43,376 bases of DNA, taken from positions 1 to 43,376 of the forward strand of contig JACCSF010000088.1 in the NCBI GenBank assembly GCA_013813135.1, read 5' to 3'. Positions 33,905 through 41,416 of the stretch are shown here, in pieces (the first letter of the stretch is position 1; every line of letters begins with the position of its first letter). The stretch is from Thermoleophilaceae bacterium (GTDB taxonomy: Bacteria > Actinomycetota > Thermoleophilia > Solirubrobacterales > Thermoleophilaceae). Made by a program: the position numbers and the translations under genes. The notes below the pieces were generated by a model that had not been told where the DNA came from, did no database searches, and saw only the letters and a program-made list of their open reading frames with translations.

Positions 33905-34099
33905 GCTGATACCTCCTCGGGATCTGACAGCGTGCGCAGCCATGAGGCCACGGCGGACTCGAGCTCGTCCGGGGCGTGGCGCTCGTACGTGGTGAACCGC
34001 CCGCCGCAGCGTTCACATTCGCGCCGTCGCCGCCCCTTGGGGTGAGGGCCGGCTATCGACCACGCGCGTGTTGATCGCGTTGCACGCTGGGCACCTCAT
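33901..34099 (-). pseudogene. NrdR-like zinc-ribbon-only protein, frameshifted
   Basis: MRCPACNAINTRVVDSRPSP in one frame, then KGRRRRECERCGGRFTTYERHAPDEL... in the next. No ATP-cone. Its stop overlaps the next ATG (ATGA). Confidence 0.55.
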
Positions 34100-34194
34100 A
34101 CGGCGAGTATCCCAGATATGCCCGGTCGACCCGCTGTTTATGCGCCGCTGACTACTAGATGTAGTGGTTCGCTGCAACCGGAGCGGCGGGGGCG

Positions 34195-34524
34195 TCAGGC
34201 GGAGGTGGCACAGAACGTGCCCGTGCCCGTGACCCCGTCGGGGCGGATGAAGCCCTGGACACCGAAGAACGCCCCGTACACGTGCTCGCACAGCCTCCGC
34301 TGGACAGCGAGCTGTGCTGGCCTGAAGGCCGTGAAGAGCCCGCCCTCCTTGTCGCAGTAGAGGTCGAGCAGGTCAATAGACACGAGGAAGGTGCCGCCTT
34401 GCGCCTCGCAGACCGCCTGAAACGGGCGCGACTTGGTCACCGGAAGCGTGGCGCTGGCCGAGCTGGCAAGCGCGAGCGTGACGAGCACGGACGCCAGCAT
34501 CGCGGCGAAGACCCTGAACCTCAC
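34195..34524 (-). CDS. Small secreted cysteine-containing protein, no family recognised
   Basis: GTG start giving VRFRVFAAMLASVLVTLALASSASA-TLPV (signal peptide with an AxA site). The mature part of ~85 aa has 4 Cys. Confidence 0.5.
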   Translation of the reverse strand: MRFRVFAAMLASVLVTLALASSASATLPVTKSRPFQAVCEAQGGTFLVSIDLLDLYCDKEGGLFTAFRPAQLAVQRRLCEHVYGAFFGVQGFIRPDGVTGTGTFCATSA

Positions 34525-35312
34525 GCACGCGACCCTCTCACGTCGACCGCGGAACCGCAAGGCTGCACCCCTCCACGCAGGCCTTGCCTCGGTTGGTCGT
34601 TCAGCCCCCATCCGGTGGGTTCGAGGACAACGGCTGGCTCGAGGCGCACTGCTGCCCCGTCAAGGCGGACAGCAGTGGCCAAAATCCAGCGGGACTAAGG
34701 AATCCGTTTGGTCTCAGCGAAGGGTCTCAAGCGTGTACCCCCCGCTCGCGTGAGCGTTGGGGGCTCTGGGAATTCACCGGGACCTTTTGGTGAGCGGCTG
34801 TCGAACCGCTGCTACGGCTATGGCACGTGTGCTGAACTGGCGCGGGCCGCCGTCGGTGCCGAGACGACCCTCACACGTGGTGAAGGAGCCCGCCGGACCT
34901 CGATGCCCAGCCAAGCGCGCCGACCGCGCGGGCTCAGAGTGGTTCTCAGTCAGCGGCGGCTCCCGTGTCGACGGGGCGGCGGATCTCGCGGCCGCGTAGG
35001 CAGCCGCAGCGGTATGTCTCAACGGCGTACCGGACTCCGGCGATGGTGCGGTCGCGTACCGCCTCGCGGCGCCCGGCGAGCGAGCTCCCGCAGCGCCGGC
35101 ACTCGAGCGGGTCGTGTGGCCGTCGCCAGGGCCGAGAGCTTGTCCGACCTTCGAACGGGGTAGCGTCTAGCGCGATCCTTTGCAGGGGGTCGGTCCTTTC
35201 TCCGGGCGTGGAACACCCGGGTTGTTTGCGGAACGGTTGGCGCGGGGCGCTCGAGAGGGCGGCCTTCGTCGTTCAGGGGGAGGCGTCCGCGGAGGCGATT
35301 ACCGTCGCCACG

Positions 35313-35981
35313 ATGCGCTTGATCGTCGCCCGCTGCGAGGTCGTCTACTCGGGTCGCCTGAGCACTCGGCTGCCCGAGGCGCTGCGCCTTCTGATGGTCA
35401 AGTCGGACGGCACGTTCATGGTCTGGTCCGACAGTGGCGGCTCTAAAGTCAAGCCGCAGAACTGGATGACCCCGCCGGCCGTGATCGAGGAGGAGCCGGG
35501 CCGGATGATGGTGCGCAAGAAGGCGGGCGCGACCGAGGACCGGCTCGAGATCCGCATCGCCGAGGTGATCTCGGACGTGACCCACGACATGGGCGAGGCG
35601 GCCGCGCTCGAGAAGGAGGGCGTCGAGCGCGAGCTGCAGGAGCTGCTGGCGGACGCTCCCCCCGAGGGCCTGCGCCTGGTGCGGCGTGAGTGGCCGACGG
35701 ACATCGGCCCGGTCGACCTGATGTGCCGCGACGATGACGACGGCTTCGTCGCCGTCGAGATCAAGCGCGTCGGCACGATCGAGGCCGTGGAGCAGCTCAC
35801 GCGCTACCTCGAGCGCATCTGCGAAGAGCCTGGGCTGGCCCGCTGCCGTGGCGTGCTCGCCGCCGAGGCGATCAAGCCGCAGGCGCGCGTGCTGGCCGAG
35901 GCGCGCGGAATCGCCTGCGTAGAGGTCGACCCGGCCGTGCTGCGCGGCGAGCGCGAGCCGGATCTGACGCTGTTCGCCTAG
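35313..35981 (+). CDS. nucS: Endonuclease NucS (EndoMS), mismatch-specific
   Basis: Full-length match to the NucS layout: MRLIVARCEVVYSGRL...KPQNWMTPP...GPVDLMCRDDDDGFVAVEIKRVGTIEAVEQLTRYLE...IKPQARVLAEARGI. Confidence 0.9.
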   Translation: MRLIVARCEVVYSGRLSTRLPEALRLLMVKSDGTFMVWSDSGGSKVKPQNWMTPPAVIEEEPGRMMVRKKAGATEDRLEIRIAEVISDVTHDMGEAAALEKEGVERELQELLADAPPEGLRLVRREWPTDIGPVDLMCRDDDDGFVAVEIKRVGTIEAVEQLTRYLERICEEPGLARCRGVLAAEAIKPQARVLAEARGIACVEVDPAVLRGEREPDLTLFA

Positions 35982-36316
35982 GCGGGCCGCCCGTAGCGGG
36001 CGACCACCCGGTCGTAGTTCAGTCGCAGCAGCTCGATCACATCGCGGACGTCAGCGTCACTTTCGATGCTGCGCGCGCCGAACCCTGGCTTGCCCGGGAA
36101 CACGGGGTGGTAGTCGACACGGCCCTGCTCGAAGAGCTCCTGCCAGACCTGCTTCGGGAAGCCGAAGTGTGCGACGCGGTCACCGTGGAGATGGCCGATC
36201 TCCCGCCCGCCCACCGTAAAGGCGAACTCACCCCGGCGCCCAGGGCCCGCACCGACGCCGGGCCAGGAGGTGACCTCTTCCGTGATCTGCTTGCTCGCCG
36301 TCTGTGTGATACTCAT
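35978..36316 (-). CDS. DUF5519 / luciferase-domain-like small protein
   Basis: SWPGVGAGPGRRGEFAFTVGGREIGHLHGDRVAHFGFPKQVWQEL...DVIELLRLNY. The ATG lies 6 nt after the -10 of the SoxR-type promoter, so the transcript is likely leaderless. Confidence 0.6.
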   Translation of the reverse strand: MSITQTASKQITEEVTSWPGVGAGPGRRGEFAFTVGGREIGHLHGDRVAHFGFPKQVWQELFEQGRVDYHPVFPGKPGFGARSIESDADVRDVIELLRLNYDRVVARYGRPA

Positions 36317-36322
36317 ACAAGC

Positions 36323-36353
36323 AAGGTACAAGTTCAAGTGAACTTGAAGTCAA
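36323..36353 (-). promoter_or_regulatory. SoxR-type (MerR-class) promoter with 19-bp spacer containing the SoxR box
   Basis: The minus strand reads TTGACT - tcaagttcacttgaacttg (19 nt) - TACCTT - gcttgt - ATG. The palindrome TTCAAGTgaACTTGAA (36333..36348) has the core CAAGTGAACTTG, versus CAAGTTAACTTG in E. coli soxS. Confidence 0.65.
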
Positions 36354-36793
36354 ATGAGCTGCTCACGATCAGCGAGGTCGCCCGGCGCAGCGGGGTGGCG
36401 TCCTCGGCATTGCGCTTCTACGAGGAGCGCGGATTGATCGCCTCGGAGCGGGCGGGGTCGGGCCACCGGCGCTACCAGCGGCCGGTGCTCCGCCGGATCG
36501 CCTTCATCGTCTTCGCCCAGCGGATCGGGCTGACGCTCGAGGAGATCGGCGCCGAGCTGGACAAGCTCCCTCCCGACCGCGCGCCGACCCGCCGCGACTG
36601 GTCGCGCCTCTCGAGCAAGTGGACGACACGAATCGATCAGCGTATCGCCGAGCTGGAGCGCCTGAAGGCCGGCCTCACCGAGTGCATCGGGTGCGGCTGC
36701 CTGTCGCTGGAGCGCTGCCGGCTCGCCAATCCGCACGACCGTGCGGCTGAGCTCGGCCCCGGCCCGCGCTACTGGATCGCCGACCGCCCCTAG
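36338..36793 (+). CDS. soxR: Redox-sensitive transcriptional activator SoxR
   Basis: MerR HTH (LLTISEVARRSGVASSALRFYEERGLI) and the [2Fe-2S] motif CIGCGCLSLERCRLANPHD. The start is GTG 36338 or TTG 36344. Confidence 0.85.
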   Translation: MNLKSNELLTISEVARRSGVASSALRFYEERGLIASERAGSGHRRYQRPVLRRIAFIVFAQRIGLTLEEIGAELDKLPPDRAPTRRDWSRLSSKWTTRIDQRIAELERLKAGLTECIGCGCLSLERCRLANPHDRAAELGPGPRYWIADRP

Positions 36794-37554
36794 TAGCCGA
36801 GCGCGGGCGGCTCGATGCTCTGCGCGCGCATCCCCTGCTCCACGCACTCGATCACCGTCTCGACCACTTTCACGCGCGCGTACTTCTTGTCCTCGGCCTC
36901 GACCGGGTGCCAGGGCGCCGCATCGTGATCCGTCCGTTCGAGCATTTCCTCGACCGCCTCCAGGTACTGCGGTCGCTTGCGCCGGTTCTCCCAGTCGTCG
37001 GGCGTCAGCTTCCACGACTTCAGCGGGTTGTCGCGCCGCTCCTCGAAGCGCCTCAGCTGCTCCGCTTCTGACAGGTGCATGAACAACTTGATCAGGACCA
37101 TGCCCTCCGCGTGAAGCGTGCGCTCGAGCTCCACGAGCTCGCCGTAGGCGCGCTGCCACTGCTCGGGTGTCGCGAAGCTCTCGACACGCTCGACCAGCAC
37201 GCGCCCGTACCACGAGCGGTCGAACACGGACATACCGCCCCACCCCGGCAACCGCGGCCAGAAGCGCCACAGATAGTGATGGCGCTGCTCGTCCGGTGTC
37301 GGGGCCGCGAACTGCGCCACGCGCACGTGCCGCATGTCCAGCGGAGCCGCCAACCGCTTGATCGCCCCGCCCTTGCCGGAGGCGTCCCAGCCCTCGAACA
37401 GGACGAGCACCGGTGGCCCCAGGCCGTACCCGGGAAGCTTTCCGCCGAGCGCCAGCCGTAGCGCCTCGAGCCGCTTCCAACCGGCCTTGAGCCGATCGGC
37501 CTCCTCCTCCCTCGACAGCTTCAGAGACAGGTCGAGCTGCTCCAGGCGCCCCAT
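36790..37554 (-). CDS. Polyphosphate kinase 2 family protein
   Basis: VLVLFEGWDASGKGGAIKRL (Walker A), YLWRFWPRLP, VFDRSWY, KLFMHLSEAEQLRRF. Confidence 0.9.
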   Translation of the reverse strand: MGRLEQLDLSLKLSREEEADRLKAGWKRLEALRLALGGKLPGYGLGPPVLVLFEGWDASGKGGAIKRLAAPLDMRHVRVAQFAAPTPDEQRHHYLWRFWPRLPGWGGMSVFDRSWYGRVLVERVESFATPEQWQRAYGELVELERTLHAEGMVLIKLFMHLSEAEQLRRFEERRDNPLKSWKLTPDDWENRRKRPQYLEAVEEMLERTDHDAAPWHPVEAEDKKYARVKVVETVIECVEQGMRAQSIEPPALGY

Positions 37555-38376
37555 CAGCGCAGCGCCGCGTACTCGTCCAGCGACTGCTCGACCTCACCCG
37601 GCGAGACGTCCGGCGACACGTAGTAGATGGCGCGGTCGACGCCCGCCCAGGCCAGCCGTTCCACCGCCCGCCGCTCCGGCTTGACGCCGAAAAAGGAGAC
37701 GGGCACGGGGCCGGGCGGCCCGTTCGCGCAGCTCGTCGATGCGCTCCTTGAGCGACTCCACGCTCTCCATGCGGTTGGGGTACCACTCGTCGCCGTAGCG
37801 AAGCACCCGGTCCAGGACCTTCGGGCCGTTGCCGCCCACCACGACCGGCGGATGTGGCTGCTGCACCGGTTTGGGCCAGCACCAGATCGGGTCGAAGTCG
37901 ACGAACTCACCGTGGTACTCGGCCTCGTCCTGCGTCCAGATCTCCTTGATCGCCTCCACGCGCTCGCGCATGAGCCTGAAGCGGCGGGTAGGGTCGGTGC
38001 CGTGGTTGCGCATCTCCTCGAGGTTCCAGCCCGCGCCGACTCCGAACTGGAAGCGGCCGCCCGAGAGCCGGTCCAGCGAGGCGGTCACCTTGGCCAGCAC
38101 GATCGGGGCGTGCTCGGTCACGAGGCAGACCCCCGTGCCGACCTTAATCCGCTCCGTGGCCGCGGCGGCGAATGAGAGTGCAACGAAGGTGTCGTAGCTG
38201 TGGCTGTACTCGCGCGGGAGCTCGCCGCCGCCGGGGTACGGCGTATCCCGGCTCACCGGGATGTGCGTGTGCTCTGTGAACCAGACCGACTCGAAGTCGC
38301 GCTCCTCGGCCAGCCGGGCGATCTCGGCCGGCTGGATCGAGTAGTCCGTAGGGAAGAGCGCTACGCCGTGGTCCAC
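37554..38376 (-). pseudogene. LLM-class (luciferase-like) F420-dependent oxidoreductase, frameshift near 37725
   Basis: DHGVALFPTDYSIQPAEIARLAEERDFESVWFTEHTHIP...GRFQFGVGAGWNLEE...PHPPVVVGGNGPKVLDRV...IDELRERA. The C-terminus GPVPVSFFGVKPERRAVERLAWAGVDRAIYYV continues in another frame (ORF 37554..37910). The shift lies in a G/C-run (gccgcccggccccgtg). Confidence 0.75.
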
Positions 38377-39583
38377 CGGATCGGCAGGCTATCGAGGCCA
38401 TAGATCCCGTGGACGGAGCCGAGCTCGGGCTCGCCGTCGAACGCCAGCCCCGGCATGCGCGCCGGCAGGAAGGTGAGAGCCTCCTGCAGCTCCGCCCGCG
38501 CCAGGTTGGCGCCCAGGCAGTAGTGGATCCCGGCGCCGAAGGTGAGTGGCTTGGCGGCGCCGCGATCGGCCGTGATGTCGAAGGCGCCGGCGTCGCCGTC
38601 CACGCCGTCGCGGTTGCCCGTGAAAGCGCAGACCATCACGATGGTGCCCTCCGGGAAGGTCACGTCGCGGTACTCGACCTCCTCGTGCAGCAGGCGGGCT
38701 GTGAACGGCGTGATCGGCTCGAAGCGCACCAGCTCCTCGACCGCGGCGTGTGCAAGCTCCGGCGTCTCGGCGAGCAGGCGCCACTGCTCCGGGTTCGCGG
38801 CGAACAGCCGCAGCGCGTGAGCGAGCTGCGACTGTGTCGTGTCGACGCCGCCGACGAGCACGTTCAGCACCAGGTTCATGCACTCGACGTCGGAGAGCCG
38901 GTCGGGTGGGTGGGCTGGATTCACTGCGGCGATCAGGGTCGAGATCAGGTCGTCGCTCGGGTCGTGCTTGCGCCGCTCGATCAGGGCACCGGCCCACTCG
39001 TAGAACTCCTCGCAGGCGCGCTCGATCGCGTCGCGCTCGTGCAGCAGGCTGGGACCGTCGAACTGGCGCTGGATCAGGTTCGACCACTCGTGCAGCTTTG
39101 GCGCGTCCTCGAGCGGAGCGCCCATCACCGTGGCGATCGTCAGGGACGGGTAGGGCTTGGCGAACGCGTCGACGAACTCGCAGCGCTCCGATTGCGCGAG
39201 CGGCTCCCAGAGACGCGCGAGGAAGTCGCGCATCGCCGGACGCCAGCGGTCAGCGGCCCGCGGTGTAAACGCCGGGTTGACCAAATTGCGCAGGCGCCGG
39301 TGATCGTCGCCGTTGATGTGCAGGATGTTGCGGCGCATCTGCTCGAGCAGCGGGCCCTCCGGCACCTCGAACATCCCGGCGATCTTCATCCCCGGGAAGG
39401 TGGCCGCGCGCGTGCGCAGGAAGAACGCCGCCGACTCCGATCGAGCACGAAGTAGCCAATCGGCGAGGCGGCGAGCCAGCCCGCCCGGCTCAGCTCGTCC
39501 ATGGCGGCGTGGAAGCGGTCGCCCTTGAGCCCGACGTCGAAGAAGTCGAGCTCGGGCAGCTCCAGCTCGCTGACCTGAGCCAT
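38361..39583 (-). pseudogene. Cytochrome P450, frameshift near 39440
   Basis: The N-terminus MAQVSELELPELDFFDVGLKGDRFHAAMDELSRAGWLAASPIGYFVLDRS is in one frame. ESAAFFLRTRAATFPG...GGVDTTQS...EELVRFEP...FGAGIHYCLG (heme Cys loop) is in the next. Confidence 0.8.
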
Positions 39584-39634
39584 GGTGCGAACCGTAACCG
39601 CTTGGGGATTGTCGCCGAGCGCTAGTCTCGAGGT

Positions 39635-40288
<654 letters not shown>

Positions 40289-40343
40289 TGGATGGCATCC
40301 GGGGGCTCGCGCCCCCGGGCCCCCGTGGGGCGTCGGCCAGCGG

Positions 40344-41000
40344 CTAGCGCCCGACCGTCAGCAGCCGGCCCATCAGGCGCAGCCGGTCGTCGGCTTCTTC
40401 GGGCCACTCGTCCACGGCGGCGGGCCACCAGCCCCAGTCGTCGTGCTCGTGGTCCGGGACCGGGGCGGCCGCGTCGGGAACCGTGGCCAGGCCGACCAGC
40501 ATCGCGATCCCGTTGGGCAACCCGAGCAGCGCTTCGACGCTGAGGTGCTCGGGCTCGAGCTGCCACTCCTCATGCAGCTCGCGCGACAGTGTTTGGGCCG
40601 GGCTCTCGCCGAGGTCCACCGCCCCACCCGCCCCGAGCGCCCAGCGGTTGGCCCAGGTAGAGACCCAGCTCGCCCGTCGCCCCGCGAGCCAGCGGCCGTC
40701 GGCGGTCCGCACCACGCAGAGGGCGGTCAGGCTGTCGCAGGCGTCGCCCTCCACCAGGCGCAGCGCCCATCTGACCGGCTGGAGGTCCAGCACCAGGCGG
40801 TCGTCGTCCTCGCGCCAGCCGGCGAGGCGCGTGGCCATCCCGTCGTGCGCGGGCGAGCCGCGCTCGCGCAGGCCTTCGACGGCGGCGTCGGCCTGACGCT
40901 CTACCTCGGCTGGAGGCTCGAAGGTCTCCGACAACCAGCGCGCCTCGACCTGCTCCGACTGCCAGGGCCCGCGGGCGAGGATGCCTCGACCGGTGCTCAC
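40344..41000 (-). CDS. Nudix hydrolase (canonical Nudix box, ~90-aa N-terminal extension)
   Basis: GAGGAVDLGESPAQTLSRELHEEWQL fits GX5EX7REUXEEXGU. The GTG start overlaps the upstream stop (GTGA). Confidence 0.8.
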   Translation of the reverse strand: MSTGRGILARGPWQSEQVEARWLSETFEPPAEVERQADAAVEGLRERGSPAHDGMATRLAGWREDDDRLVLDLQPVRWALRLVEGDACDSLTALCVVRTADGRWLAGRRASWVSTWANRWALGAGGAVDLGESPAQTLSRELHEEWQLEPEHLSVEALLGLPNGIAMLVGLATVPDAAAPVPDHEHDDWGWWPAAVDEWPEEADDRLRLMGRLLTVGR

Positions 41001-41416
41001 CAAGAAGAGCCTAGGGCGCGCAGCAGCACGCGGGCGCACACGAAGCCCGCCCTCGCGGCGGGCATGAGCTCCGTCGGGTCGCCCCAGTGCCACTCCACGT
41101 ACTGCGTTCCCTCGCCGCCTTGAGGAACCACAGGCTCGCCTGCCGTGATGCGGGCCGTCCAGTCGCGCATCACGAGCCGGTGATCTGTCCGCTCCGCCTC
41201 GTCGTCGCCGATCGGCCAAAGCGGCTCGACCTCCACCCCAAGCTTCTCCCACCCGACTCGCAGCAGCGCCTCCCGCTCGGCCTCGCCCTGCCGCAGCGAG
41301 GCGGCCGGCAGGCCCCACAGCCCGGGCAAGCTTTCGTCGTCGTCCGGCCTGCGCACCAGCAGCACGCCCAAGGTGTCCTCGATGATCAACGAGACGGAGC
41401 GCTTGAGCGGCTTCAA
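40997..41416 (-). CDS. Nudix-fold protein with a partly degenerate Nudix box
   Basis: LWGLPAASLRQGEAEREALLRVGWEKLGV, where REx2EE is replaced by RVx2EK. The TTG start overlaps the GGDEF/HD-GYP stop (TTGA). Confidence 0.65.
   Translation of the reverse strand: MKPLKRSVSLIIEDTLGVLLVRRPDDDESLPGLWGLPAASLRQGEAEREALLRVGWEKLGVEVEPLWPIGDDEAERTDHRLVMRDWTARITAGEPVVPQGGEGTQYVEWHWGDPTELMPAARAGFVCARVLLRALGSSW

Noticed and set aside
31037-35312. Search for an integrase, recombinase or transposase inside the nucS-bracketed insert
   Set aside because: None of the six frames shows tyrosine-recombinase (R..HxxR..Y), serine-recombinase or DDE signatures. Only zinc-ribbon and unknown ORFs are present, so the mobile-element interpretation rests on the duplicated nucS arm and the gene content alone.
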